Positions 26,931-37,253 of a DNA stretch of 64,000 nt are shown here, piece by piece. The stretch covers positions 1-64,000 of the IMG/VR virus record IMGVR_UViG_3300036770_004428; one strand, 5' to 3'. Under the pieces are notes generated by a model. It searched no databases. It was not told the DNA's origin and saw nothing but the letters and a program-made list of their open reading frames with translations. Made by a program: the position numbers and the translations under genes. Each line of letters opens with the position of its first letter. The stretch's first letter is position 1. This DNA comes from a virus.

Positions 26931-28762
26931 ACATCTTGTATTTCTGAAATTTTAATCAACCCTTGGTCTAATACTTTTTCAGGTATAGGTCTTTGTCTTC
27001 TTATATAAAAATTATAATTACCATAAAAATAATGTACGCCATTAACAAATGGGTAATCAACACCATTTTCGTTTTCAGGTTCTATATAACCTATATCTAA
27101 CAAATCCTTCCAAGCTATTACACCATTGGGGTATGTTTCTGCGTAGTTGGGTATTCCTTCCGTAGGTTCATTTATACTACTAGTCTCTATTATATCAGAA
27201 AAAACCATTATTTGTAGTTTTTTAAATGGTTCTAAAAAATAACCCTCACCGTTTGGATCACTTACCTTACCAAATCTGTGTACAATTTTAGAGACCACCC
27301 TCTCTTTTATTTCAGCCCTATTATATTCAGCAAAATCACCAACATAATCAAATAGGTTACTTGGTTTTTCTATTGTACCGACACCGTTATTAACATAGTT
27401 AGATATTGTTTCTAAACCATTTGTTGTATTTATTATACTTCTATTAAAATCCCATCCAGATGTAACTTTAGACCAAGGAAAAGTATTTTGTCCCGCTCTT
27501 TTTATAAAACCTAAATAAAGTTCTGTCAATGGTTTATTATTGTGATCTAAAAGTGTTTCTACATCAACATCTTTGTTAAAATGGTATAACCAAGTTTTAT
27601 TTGAAATACCTAACTCATTGACTACTGTTTCTGGGTAAATACTTGAACTAAATGCACAGTCATAGACATCATAATCATTAGTAGTTAAAACTTTAAATTT
27701 TCTAACATAATATTCTGATGGTGTACCATCTAAAATTCTAAAAGTTGGCCTAGGTTGTGTGAATATCTGTGACTGTCCTTTTACTGTAAAAAATGTTAAT
27801 TTTATAGTAAACAAAAACTCGTCAATAACAGAAACAACTTCAAATAAACCGTTTAAAATACCAACACCCCTAATATCTATTATGGGGTTAACAGTGGTAC
27901 CAGTGGTTATAACTAAGTTGTGTGGTGTTTGTGTTTGTATCCTAGAATAAATTATATCACCAGGATTAAACTGTCCTATTGTACCACCATTATAATCAGT
28001 GGCAGTTATAGAATATATTTCAATAGCATTAGCGTAATTTATATCATTCTGTGATGGATTATATATTCTACGGTAATTGGAGGGCGTAAGATAATCACCT
28101 ACATAAGGTGTGTCTATAACAAAATCTGTATCCATATTTTGGCCCTCATTACCAATACTAATAACTCTATGTACCCCATTATATGGGTTGGTTATTATAT
28201 TAGTATCATTTATATAGATAAAATCATCTTGTTTTAACCCATGTTTTTGAACACCGTTTATTAAAACTTTTTCTTCGCTACCAGAAGGTGTTGCTAAAGA
28301 AAGTTTTTTAATTTGTGGACCTAACTCGGCCTTAGTTTGTATGACTAAAGGATTTGAGGGGTCTCCATTATCATATTTTATGATATATTCATATTCTTTT
28401 TTAAACGGGTATAATATCTGTAAAAGCCAATTATTAGGGGTTAGTTGTGGGTCACCATCAAATAACGGGTCCCAATCTTCATTTAATGCCCCCGTTATCA
28501 CAGTTGTAGTACCATCAGGATTTTCTATTTTTGTTGTTGGGGTTAACTCGTTTGCTGTATAAGTGTTTAATCTCCCTGAAAATCTATATTTTCTAACTTT
28601 TCTTCTTTCATTTTCATAAAGTTCCTGCTGATTAACTACATTAACTAGATCATATTCTAATATCGGTTTTGTAGTTGTACTTAAACCAATACTAACAAAA
28701 TCATCTTTGTCTATAGCATTTTTACTAGTTAACCTGTTAGGTACTTTAGATATTCTTTCCAT
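26924..28762 (-). CDS. baseplate/tail protein with two small beta-barrel repeats
   Basis: KHGLKQDDFIYI..NGVHRV and TPHNL..NGLFEV..F.I repeats of a type seen in phage tail proteins. Confidence 0.5.
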   Translation of the reverse strand: MERISKVPNRLTSKNAIDKDDFVSIGLSTTTKPILEYDLVNVVNQQELYENERRKVRKYRFSGRLNTYTANELTPTTKIENPDGTTTVITGALNEDWDPLFDGDPQLTPNNWLLQILYPFKKEYEYIIKYDNGDPSNPLVIQTKAELGPQIKKLSLATPSGSEEKVLINGVQKHGLKQDDFIYINDTNIITNPYNGVHRVISIGNEGQNMDTDFVIDTPYVGDYLTPSNYRRIYNPSQNDINYANAIEIYSITATDYNGGTIGQFNPGDIIYSRIQTQTPHNLVITTGTTVNPIIDIRGVGILNGLFEVVSVIDEFLFTIKLTFFTVKGQSQIFTQPRPTFRILDGTPSEYYVRKFKVLTTNDYDVYDCAFSSSIYPETVVNELGISNKTWLYHFNKDVDVETLLDHNNKPLTELYLGFIKRAGQNTFPWSKVTSGWDFNRSIINTTNGLETISNYVNNGVGTIEKPSNLFDYVGDFAEYNRAEIKERVVSKIVHRFGKVSDPNGEGYFLEPFKKLQIMVFSDIIETSSINEPTEGIPNYAETYPNGVIAWKDLLDIGYIEPENENGVDYPFVNGVHYFYGNYNFYIRRQRPIPEKVLDQGLIKISEIQDVC

Positions 28763-28763
28763 A

Positions 28764-30587
28764 TTATTGTTTTACCCTAACTCTTATATCTGTTTCTGGG
28801 AACCTTACTTGGAACATGGAGTCATACTCAGCAAATAGTGCAAAGTCTTCTGTTAAATCAATTTCATTTGTTGTAAAATCAATAAATCCTTGGCTAGTAC
28901 TATTAAATGAGTATTGGCCACCAGTTTTATTATAGATTTTAAAATCAACTACGTTTAATACACCAGAGACATTATTAATGTTTTCAATTAATTGTGATAA
29001 ATAAATGTTATCACCCATATCCCATTTATTAACATTAAAATAATCTTTTACTGAGGATATTACACCAGAAATAACTTGTCCTTGTGGGAAAGCTTTATCT
29101 ATAAAAATATCTATATCAAAAGCTAAATCAAATACTTTACCATCTCTAATTAAAACATAATCGTTTATCATTCTATAATCAGCCAACCAAGAGGCCATAT
29201 TTTCTTTTAAAGTATTTGTAGACTGATTACTTAATTTACCGGCCGAATCTACACCTATTATGGCAATCTCTATTTTGTTTTGTCTTTCAGAAACATTATT
29301 TCTAAAAGGAATACCAAACTTACCTGGCATTTTATCTATAAGTACAACATAATCTTTCAGGGTCACAGCTCTATTTTGTGAAGAAAAATTATATCTAACC
29401 ATTTTTTTAATTTGTTCTGTACTAGGAGCATCACCACCACCAAAAGCAGGAACAGGGTTATTTACCCTTAAAGAATTTCTAACTCTTTGATTAATCTGTG
29501 GTGTTGGTCCTGTCACATTCATCTGTACTGTACCTAAAGAAGTTAATGAATTTGGTCCAACATTACCAGAAGCACCACCACCAGTTCTATATCTAATATA
29601 CATGGTTGTGTTTACTTTAGGTATTTCACCCATTGAGGTGGTGTTAATAAAGTCCCCCATTCTCAACATGAAATTGTTGTTAGCGTATTGTTGTAAATTA
29701 CTTTCATCAGCATTACCTGAACCAAAAGTTAGTTTACAAAAACCTAAATCAGTATACTCTTTTATAAAACGTCTACTAGTACTCACCCATTTACCAGGTA
29801 TCACACCTTTATTGTCAGAAGCTCTATTTTTATCCTCAAGAAAAATTTTGTTTTCCATCAAAGATTCTACCTCATACCACCTTAGATTAGGGTCTGAAAA
29901 TTGTGCTAATGTCGGATTACCTGTTAAATCATTACCCTCTAGGGTTACTACTTGTTCAATAGATAATACATTTTTATCAGGTATTAAAATTTCTAAAAAA
30001 GGTATTGCCTCTAAATTTGTTATTCTTTTTTTAAGAATATTAGTAGAACCAGCCACAACAAATTCACGTTTAACCAAGGTGTAACCAACTAAAGTACCGT
30101 TATTATTAAAACTAGGTAAAACTAATCTATTAGGTATACCACCACTACTAACTGGTTCACTAAAATCGATGTCATCCAGTGTCTCAAATGTTTGACCACC
30201 ACCAACAACTTGTGCCCCATATTTTAAAACAGGTGCGTATCTAATATCAAAAGTATCACCATACACAGGAACGTTAACAGAAAAATCAACGATAGATACA
30301 GATGGTCTCTTTCCAGGTACATTTAATCCTAATGTTCTAGCTATATTTAATATAGACCTTCTTTCTTGTGCGTGGTCTAGTTGGGTTTCTTGGAACATCC
30401 TATCGGTGTGGTAAGATAACATATCACCAACGGCCGCGTTCAATTCAACTAACATTGTACCAATTGAAGCATCATTAAAATCCGCGAATATATCTGGGTA
30501 ATATTTTTTAATGAAATTAAATAATTCTGTTCTTACATCTAAGAAGTTTCTAGCAAAATAATTTATTTTTCTGTCATTTGCTGCCAT
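28764..30587 (-). CDS. baseplate wedge subunit (T4 gp6 / baseplate J-like)
   Basis: DFNDASIG.MLVEL.A.VGD.LSY, YRTGGG..GN, GGGDAP and QNRAVT.KDY motifs. Confidence 0.9.
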   Translation of the reverse strand: MAANDRKINYFARNFLDVRTELFNFIKKYYPDIFADFNDASIGTMLVELNAAVGDMLSYHTDRMFQETQLDHAQERRSILNIARTLGLNVPGKRPSVSIVDFSVNVPVYGDTFDIRYAPVLKYGAQVVGGGQTFETLDDIDFSEPVSSGGIPNRLVLPSFNNNGTLVGYTLVKREFVVAGSTNILKKRITNLEAIPFLEILIPDKNVLSIEQVVTLEGNDLTGNPTLAQFSDPNLRWYEVESLMENKIFLEDKNRASDNKGVIPGKWVSTSRRFIKEYTDLGFCKLTFGSGNADESNLQQYANNNFMLRMGDFINTTSMGEIPKVNTTMYIRYRTGGGASGNVGPNSLTSLGTVQMNVTGPTPQINQRVRNSLRVNNPVPAFGGGDAPSTEQIKKMVRYNFSSQNRAVTLKDYVVLIDKMPGKFGIPFRNNVSERQNKIEIAIIGVDSAGKLSNQSTNTLKENMASWLADYRMINDYVLIRDGKVFDLAFDIDIFIDKAFPQGQVISGVISSVKDYFNVNKWDMGDNIYLSQLIENINNVSGVLNVVDFKIYNKTGGQYSFNSTSQGFIDFTTNEIDLTEDFALFAEYDSMFQVRFPETDIRVRVKQ

Positions 30588-30591
30588 TTTT

Positions 30592-30975
30592 TTATAATTC
30601 TATTTCTACAAAATCAGCACCATCGAAAGCAGCTGTTGTTACTCTATAATCTAGTCTAACAATTGCGGCGTGTTCATTTCTTTCCGATTGGGTTACTGTT
30701 ATTCCTATTACTGTTAGGTTTGGGATGAACTCTTGTATAGCCTTCTCTATTTCTAATTGGATGGCTTTTTGAACAGCCCCTTCATTTGGTTCAAAAAGGT
30801 ATTGTCTTAAATTAACACCGAATTTAGGTAAATACAATCTTTGTCTTCTATCTGTTAACAATAAATGTAATAAATCAGATTTTATCGCACGTTTACTTTC
30901 TTTTTCCATTTTTATGAACTTACCCTTGTAATCATCACTAAAAGGAAAAGAAATGTTTATAAACCTTTCACCCAT
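30592..30975 (-). CDS. baseplate wedge subunit, gp25-like
   Basis: IKSDLLHLLLT..RQR..LP.FG..L..YLFEP GPW/gp25 motif, adjacent to the gp6-like gene. Confidence 0.9.
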   Translation of the reverse strand: MGERFINISFPFSDDYKGKFIKMEKESKRAIKSDLLHLLLTDRRQRLYLPKFGVNLRQYLFEPNEGAVQKAIQLEIEKAIQEFIPNLTVIGITVTQSERNEHAAIVRLDYRVTTAAFDGADFVEIEL

Positions 30976-30987
30976 ATTCTTTTTATT

Positions 30988-30996
30988 AATAAATAT
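30988..30996 (-). promoter_or_regulatory. putative late promoter motif ATATTTATT
   Basis: About 13 nt upstream of the gp25-like start, downstream of the terminator at 31046-31075. Confidence 0.55.
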
Positions 30997-31045
30997 TCAA
31001 TCATGTAATTTATGGGAAAATATTAAAATGTAAATTTTAATAAAT

Positions 31046-31075
31046 AAAAAACCCTCCAATAAGGAGGGTTTCTTT
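31046..31075 (-). terminator. intrinsic terminator closing the replication block
   Basis: AAACCCTCC-N5-GGAGGGTTT stem with flanking A/T tracts. Confidence 0.8.
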
Positions 31076-31155
31076 TTAACCATTCTTTTTTCTAATATTA
31101 TATATTGCGTTAAGAACCTGTTGGATTAGTGTGGTGTCATTACCCCACGAAATTT

Positions 31156-33015
31156 TTACTTTATTTCGCATGCTCCACCTGCACAAGCCAACTCACCACT
31201 TAAATCAGTGTTATCAGTTAATTCCACAACTTTAGTTAAATCAATATTAGAAAGTGATTTCATCATTCTATTATAAGTTTCTTCATCACAATCTTCAAAA
31301 GGAGCTTGCTGATAAGTCCCACCATTATATGGTAATACAGACAAACCATTATAATATTCACGATTATTCCACATCCATTCTCCGGCTAACTCCCATTCAT
31401 TTTCTTTCAATGAAACTGTAGCTGATACATTGTGTGTATTTTGTCCAGTTCTATGTCCAGGTTTAATCCATTCTTGAGCTACTTTTTTAATTCTTTCTAA
31501 TAATTCAAAAGGAGATTCATGTCTAAGAATAGAACCTGCTGGTGCTTTTTGTGGTACAGAAATAACGGCTGTATCGTGTGGTCTAAATACCTCATCTTCA
31601 ATTAATTCAGGGTGATTAATAGCTAGATATGTATAGATAGCCTCATTCTTACCAACTCTGATTCTTCTAATATAATAGTCGTTATGCCATGCGTGAATAC
31701 CTGAAGAAGTACCTAAGGTTAATGAAGTAGTACCAGCTGGTTTAACAGTTGTTGTACGTGCTGATTCATTAATACCAATTATTTTAGCTATTCTTGCATT
31801 TTCTTCTTTAACTGCTTCTGCTGCTTCAGACATATCATAACCTAAAACAGTACCAGAACCAATACCTGTCATAGAAACACCAATTAAGGCATCTTTTTCA
31901 GTAGTTCTTTTCCATACATCTCTTAAGTAATGGAAATCAGTATATCCGGCTTGTAATGTTCCAATGAATGCTGCCCCTTTAACTCTATTGTTAAAGTCTT
32001 CTTGTGACTCAATGTTAGAAACATTTACTTCACATAGGTTACAGAATTGGAAGGGTCTAAGAGCAATTTCACAACAAGGATTAGTTCCCCAATCTTTATC
32101 ATAAGAGAAATAAATTCCAGGTTCACCTGCTCCCGATAATTCAACTCTTTTCCATAAATCTAAGAAAAATTCTTTTGTGATTTTATTTCTAAGTAAAACT
32201 GCTGAGTTATTAGCTCTACCTCTTTGTGGGTTTAATTCCCACCATGAACCTGACTTACAAGTAACCATATCATTATCATCTGCTGAGAATAAAGAAATCA
32301 ATGCTGCTCTACGGATACCTCCAGCTAACACAGCATCAGCAATATGACAAACAATATCATGTACCTCTATTGTACTTAGTTTTGTATTATCTTCTTTTGC
32401 GTCTAAAACTTTTGTAATATTATGGATACAATCTTTTAGTGGCTGTGGTCCAGGTGCTTTACCACCAGAAGTAACCAACAAAGCTCCTTTTGGTCTAATG
32501 TCTGAAAAATCAAATACAGGTGTAGAAGAAGTAACACCAAAATAAGATTTCATTAAAATTTTAATTGCGTCTGCCCACCCTTCAATCGAGTCACCAATTA
32601 AATATCTTCTTGTTCTATTAGGGTTTGGTTTTTGGATTTCAGGTAATTTTTCTACGTGATGTCTTTGAACTGAATATCCAACACCAGTACCGCCTAATAA
32701 AAGAAACATTGTTTCAGAAAAAGCGTCTATGTGGTCAATCGGTAGGTAAGCACAGTTATAAACTCTGTTAGGTGATATTTCAATCGGTCTACCACCAAAC
32801 TGTAGTGACCTCATCGAAGGTAATATTTTTTTATCATACACCATTTTATAAACTTCCTCAATTTCTTCTTTTAACTGAGGGTATTTCTTTTGATGCATTT
32901 CTTTGTTTCTAGTAACAAGTTCTTCCCAAGTCTCTCTTCTTTCTTTTTCGGGAAGATATTTTGCGTACTTCATATAGACAGTAATGTCCGATAAAATTTC
33001 ATTAGATAACTCCAT
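31156..33015 (-). CDS. nrdJ: class II (adenosylcobalamin-dependent) ribonucleotide reductase
   Basis: PSMRSLQF, YNCAY, GTNPCCEI, CNLCEVN, TTVKPAGT and C-terminal CAGGAC; no small subunit nearby. Confidence 0.9.
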   Translation of the reverse strand: MELSNEILSDITVYMKYAKYLPEKERRETWEELVTRNKEMHQKKYPQLKEEIEEVYKMVYDKKILPSMRSLQFGGRPIEISPNRVYNCAYLPIDHIDAFSETMFLLLGGTGVGYSVQRHHVEKLPEIQKPNPNRTRRYLIGDSIEGWADAIKILMKSYFGVTSSTPVFDFSDIRPKGALLVTSGGKAPGPQPLKDCIHNITKVLDAKEDNTKLSTIEVHDIVCHIADAVLAGGIRRAALISLFSADDNDMVTCKSGSWWELNPQRGRANNSAVLLRNKITKEFFLDLWKRVELSGAGEPGIYFSYDKDWGTNPCCEIALRPFQFCNLCEVNVSNIESQEDFNNRVKGAAFIGTLQAGYTDFHYLRDVWKRTTEKDALIGVSMTGIGSGTVLGYDMSEAAEAVKEENARIAKIIGINESARTTTVKPAGTTSLTLGTSSGIHAWHNDYYIRRIRVGKNEAIYTYLAINHPELIEDEVFRPHDTAVISVPQKAPAGSILRHESPFELLERIKKVAQEWIKPGHRTGQNTHNVSATVSLKENEWELAGEWMWNNREYYNGLSVLPYNGGTYQQAPFEDCDEETYNRMMKSLSNIDLTKVVELTDNTDLSGELACAGGACEIK

Positions 33016-33049
33016 TTTTTAAATTTTTAATTAATTAATTATTTGATTT

Positions 33050-34459
33050 TTAGTTTGATTCAGTTTCTCTTTGTTCTTTTCTGAGTCTTGCCATTTTTAT
33101 TCTTTCTCTAGCATTTTCTTCTTTTCTTTCTTCTACTTTTCTTTCATAACCTAAGAAAGTGTCTGAAGATTCTGTGTCGATATAAACCCTACCGTTGTCA
33201 AATGTACAGTCCTCAAATAAAACTCCGTCTTTACCGAATCTAGATTTTAAAACCGCTATCGTTGCTCTATTACCTTCTTTTTGTGGTAATGTTCTAGCGA
33301 TAGACATAATAAAATGACCAATTTGTGCTTTCTTAATTGAGCCACCCATTTGGTCACCTGTTACAACGTCTGATGAGATTGATTGTCTGTTACCTTGTAC
33401 AGCTGTCCATCCTACCATTTCGTATTCGGCTAACATAGATTCAAATCCTCTCATTACGTTGCCTTCACCTGACCATTCATCATTATATTTTCTTGTAGAT
33501 TCAACACAATCAATATAATCTAAAACAATCACGTCAGGTTTAAACCCTGTTGAGATTAAATGTCTCACATATGTCTTAATGTGGTTAACAGTAATCCCTT
33601 CAGAAGGAAACTTTCTAATAACTAAATCGTTTTCTCTGTTTTCAGTTTTTTCTTTTATAACTTCAATAACAGCCTCCTTATCTTCGGATAATTGATTTAA
33701 TTCAATTCCACTCCAACAAGCTGCGTGTTTTCTTTTGATGACATCAGGTATGTCTTCGAAAACGATTTGTAAAACATTTGCTCCCACGTTATAGGCCGTG
33801 TTAGCTATTTTAGTGAGAATGGTCGTCTTTCCTACTCCATATGGCGCCAATACAACCCCTAACTCACCTCTTGATAGACCTCCATCGGTTAATTCATCTA
33901 TACCACTTATTCCCGTAGGAATTGGATGTCTAAAATTTTCTTCTAGTACTGTATCCCATCCTTCAGTAATAGAAGTGCCATCGTCTTTTTCTGCTCCAAT
34001 GGCTAAAGCTTCTTTCATTATTTCAACACATTCATCATATCTACCAAATTCACCGTTATCAATTATTTTTGAAACAGCGTCATTAGCCTTTTTTAACTCT
34101 TGTTGTCTACAAAAATTTAAAGATTCATTTTGTACGTATTCCCAATCCTCAACATTTAGATTTCTAATTTCTTTTGTAATCTCAAAAACATAGTCTTGTG
34201 TAATCTTATCTTTAATTTCTACTTTTAAAATAGTCTCTAAAGTATCCCAAGCAGGAATTTTTTCAAATCTTTCAAAATAATCTTTTACTGTTACAATAAT
34301 TAACCTAAAATATTCATTATCAAAATACTTAGCATGTACAATATCAATAATTCTATCGGCAAACTTTTTATTAGCTGGGTGTAATATTTGGTTTATTAAT
34401 TCTGTCTGAAACTTATATCCTAAATACCCTAGTGTTAACTCTTTACTCATACCAAACAT
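33050..34459 (-). CDS. replicative DNA helicase (DnaB / T4 gp41-like)
   Basis: Walker A APYGVGKTT, Walker B IVLDYID, WTAVQGNR, KSRFG. Confidence 0.92.
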   Translation of the reverse strand: MFGMSKELTLGYLGYKFQTELINQILHPANKKFADRIIDIVHAKYFDNEYFRLIIVTVKDYFERFEKIPAWDTLETILKVEIKDKITQDYVFEITKEIRNLNVEDWEYVQNESLNFCRQQELKKANDAVSKIIDNGEFGRYDECVEIMKEALAIGAEKDDGTSITEGWDTVLEENFRHPIPTGISGIDELTDGGLSRGELGVVLAPYGVGKTTILTKIANTAYNVGANVLQIVFEDIPDVIKRKHAACWSGIELNQLSEDKEAVIEVIKEKTENRENDLVIRKFPSEGITVNHIKTYVRHLISTGFKPDVIVLDYIDCVESTRKYNDEWSGEGNVMRGFESMLAEYEMVGWTAVQGNRQSISSDVVTGDQMGGSIKKAQIGHFIMSIARTLPQKEGNRATIAVLKSRFGKDGVLFEDCTFDNGRVYIDTESSDTFLGYERKVEERKEENARERIKMARLRKEQRETESN

Positions 34460-34477
34460 TTAATAATAAATAACGAT

Positions 34478-34915
34478 TTACAAAGATATTCCGCAGTATT
34501 CCACACTAAAATTTTCTGCAGAAAATGTTTCTTGGATTTCTTTAACTAAGGCAGGGATTATCTTTCTAATATCCACAGAGTATCTAATTCTTTGTGGATA
34601 AACATTACCAGTAAACCCTTTTTTAACTAGTAACTTGTCATCAACTTTAATTTCAAAGTCAAAAATGTCTTCGTTATCATAGATATTTTCAGACACTATC
34701 TCTTCAGGTAATTGTTTTTTCCAAGGATTATAACTTTTATGTAAATAATCTGATGTTTTTTCTTTTAAGTCACTTTCAATAATGTTGACACATCTATCTA
34801 CACAATCTTTAACCTCCATTGACCTAAGTGAATCAGGATTAAAATTCTTAACTGTAAAGTATCTTTGACAGATAATGTTTTTGTTGATGTACAACACAAA
34901 TTCAAATTTTTTCAT
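34478..34915 (-). CDS. hypothetical protein in the replication block
   Basis: 145-aa ORF between exonuclease and helicase. Confidence 0.6.
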   Translation of the reverse strand: MKKFEFVLYINKNIICQRYFTVKNFNPDSLRSMEVKDCVDRCVNIIESDLKEKTSDYLHKSYNPWKKQLPEEIVSENIYDNEDIFDFEIKVDDKLLVKKGFTGNVYPQRIRYSVDIRKIIPALVKEIQETFSAENFSVEYCGISL

Positions 34916-35969
34916 TTTTTTGTTTTTTAAAATTTAACGTTTCTTTTTTAATTAATCTAATAAATGGTTCCATAAAATTTATGTAACCGTTTTCCCCACC
35001 AGGTAATGCATATATAACACCGTCTTCTATCATCATTTTTAATACGTTTTTATATTCTCTACCTTCTGGATCTAATGGTAAGTCTATTAAATTTTTCATA
35101 GATTCTCTAGCCTCTTCTGTTAATAAAGGGTGGTTTAAATCAATTATTTTTTGATTTATTTCATAAAATGGTCCTCTATGAACTCCCCTTGATACTCCGT
35201 TAAGTATATTATCTATTACTTTTAAAGGTGATTTACCTCTGCCTTCTTGGATTAATTTGCTTTGTTCAAATATTTCCTCCAAGGTTACCTTTCTTTCTTT
35301 TAATTGTGGGAAATGTGTTAATAATGTATTTTCAGTTACTCCATCAATACCTTTAATATTATCAGAAGAACAACCTTCAATCATTTTTATTAAACCAGCG
35401 TTTTGATAATTATGTTCAAAAAACCAACCATAGTTACCAACACCTACTTCCATTTTTTTATCCGCTAAAAAAATTGTAACTTCCTCATTAATTAACTGAC
35501 ACATATCCCTATCATTAGTGTAAATCATTACATCTTCTGATTTATTTTTATTTAAACAATAAAAAGCGATTAAATCATCTGATTCAACATCAGCGTGTTC
35601 ATATTGTCTAATAAAAAGATCTTCAGCATATTGTTTTACCCTAATCTTTTGTATCTCGTAATCTTGGTCAAAGAATCTAGGTCTATTTTCTTTGTACTCT
35701 GGGTAATAATCTAAACGTAAAGTACCTCCACGTTCACCATCCCAAGTGATTACAACCTTGTCAATTTTATGTTCAACGATTATTTTACGTAACGTACTAT
35801 AAAAAGCGAATATACCACCTATATGTTTGTCTTTATGGTAAACGTTCTTAGCTCCGTTATAAGAACGTTTCATAAGAACGTTACCATCGACAATAAGTGT
35901 TTTTGTACGTTTGTTTAATTTTCTAGGAATTCGTAGACCCATTCTTTTTAAAATTAAAAGGTCCAACAA
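34902..35969 (-). CDS. 5'-3' exonuclease / flap endonuclease (T4 RNase H, PolA N-terminal-like)
   Basis: LIVDGN, YPEYKENR, ESDDLIA, TNDRDMCQL, SDNIKGIDGV; true start is probably downstream (MGLR). Confidence 0.9.
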   Translation of the reverse strand: MLDLLILKRMGLRIPRKLNKRTKTLIVDGNVLMKRSYNGAKNVYHKDKHIGGIFAFYSTLRKIIVEHKIDKVVITWDGERGGTLRLDYYPEYKENRPRFFDQDYEIQKIRVKQYAEDLFIRQYEHADVESDDLIAFYCLNKNKSEDVMIYTNDRDMCQLINEEVTIFLADKKMEVGVGNYGWFFEHNYQNAGLIKMIEGCSSDNIKGIDGVTENTLLTHFPQLKERKVTLEEIFEQSKLIQEGRGKSPLKVIDNILNGVSRGVHRGPFYEINQKIIDLNHPLLTEEARESMKNLIDLPLDPEGREYKNVLKMMIEDGVIYALPGGENGYINFMEPFIRLIKKETLNFKKQKNEKI

Positions 35970-36174
35970 TACTTTGACTAATTATTTCTTCTTCGGTTAA
36001 TTCTAATACACCTAATTCTAACAATAAGTTTTTATGTTCTTCTGTTATTACATCACCTGTTAAAAATTTTTCAACACCTATTTGTATAACATAATAACAA
36101 CTTAATTGTGACCTCTCATTATCAATAAGAGCCTCCTCATTTAGTTCTTTAAGTTTATTATAATTAAGTTTCAT
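35923..36174 (-). CDS. hypothetical protein
   Basis: 83-aa ORF in the operon. Confidence 0.55.
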   Translation of the reverse strand: MKLNYNKLKELNEEALIDNERSQLSCYYVIQIGVEKFLTGDVITEEHKNLLLELGVLELTEEEIISQSIVGPFNFKKNGSTNS

Positions 36175-36183
36175 TTTTATTTT

Positions 36184-37242
36184 TTAAACTAGTCCATCAA
36201 TTCCCTCATCTAATGTGAGTTCACTTTCTTCTACTTCGAAGTTAAGGTCGTTTTCATTAACCTCCTCAACACCACTTTTAATAAACATATCAATCCAATA
36301 ATCGGCGTATGCTTTTTTGTAGCTGTCTTCAGCCTCTTTAGAATCCTCAATAAAATCATGTGGTGTCACAATAACTTTACCGTCTTGATATCCGATACCA
36401 TTAACGTGGTTTTTAAGAATAGAAATTTTACTTCTAGTAGCGTAATTAATACTTCTACTATTTTTAGTGGCTTTCAATTTTTGTGTTCCAGCATTTTTTT
36501 GATTTCCAAATAAGAAAATCAAAGTACTGTTCAAGTAAATTGCTTCACCACCTTTCATTTTAATTTTTGGTTGTCCCATTGGATTGTCTGGTAATTCAAC
36601 CCATGGTTGATTAACGAATACAATGGTATTTGTATGGAAGTTAGTTTCTTTTCTAGAACCAGTGATTCTACCATTAAGTCCCATACCAATTTTATCCGCT
36701 AAAACTGATGCGTTATGCATTTTACCACCCTTTCCTTCAAAAGTCATTTTACAAGGAATAGAACCAACTGAATCCCACAAGAAACAAATGTCCATCGGAG
36801 TTCCATCTTCATGTTGCCACTTTTCTTTTTCTTGTGTATCTAATACTTCGTTCATGTAGTCAGTGATTTGTTCAATATAGTCAAAATCATCACGGAATAT
36901 GAAGAACCCTGACCAATCGCCAGGGGATTCTTCTTCACAATCAAACCCCATCATTTTTGCGTGAGAGAAATTCCATTTCTTCTCAGTAATAATGAAAACA
37001 GGTAGAATTCCGTTTTTTTGACACCAAATAGCTGACTTAATTAAAGCTGTTGTCTTTCCAGTATCAGAATGACCTAAGAAAACATTAAGATGTCCAATAG
37101 CCGGACCAGGTACACCTGTAGCTCCTTGAAAAACGGGTCCTAGGTCAATAAATCTATCGGGTTTATATTTTGTTTTTGATGAAAATCTATCTTTAACTGA
37201 ATCTAAAGAAAAAGATTTTTTCTTAATACTTGTCTTAGCCAT
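36184..37242 (-). CDS. RecA/UvsX-like recombinase
   Basis: Walker A GHSDTGKTT, FLWDSVG, VNQ, KGGEA, KNHV. Confidence 0.88.
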   Translation of the reverse strand: MAKTSIKKKSFSLDSVKDRFSSKTKYKPDRFIDLGPVFQGATGVPGPAIGHLNVFLGHSDTGKTTALIKSAIWCQKNGILPVFIITEKKWNFSHAKMMGFDCEEESPGDWSGFFIFRDDFDYIEQITDYMNEVLDTQEKEKWQHEDGTPMDICFLWDSVGSIPCKMTFEGKGGKMHNASVLADKIGMGLNGRITGSRKETNFHTNTIVFVNQPWVELPDNPMGQPKIKMKGGEAIYLNSTLIFLFGNQKNAGTQKLKATKNSRSINYATRSKISILKNHVNGIGYQDGKVIVTPHDFIEDSKEAEDSYKKAYADYWIDMFIKSGVEEVNENDLNFEVEESELTLDEGIDGLV

Positions 37243-37253
37243 ATTTTAATTTT

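Noticed and set aside
5200-30975. Diversity-generating retroelement or invertible fibre switch
   Set aside because: No reverse transcriptase or recombinase, and no TR/VR pair or inverted cassette noticed by eye; a self-dotplot would be decisive
31090-31150. Small hairpin (GTGG...CCAC) downstream of nrdJ, considered as a cobalamin riboswitch, SECIS or tRNA
   Set aside because: It is 3' of the gene and short, with no B12-box or cloverleaf, and nrdJ has no in-frame TGA
31156-37242. Inteins or introns in RNR, helicase or RecA
   Set aside because: Protein lengths are compact and no intein or homing endonuclease motifs are visible
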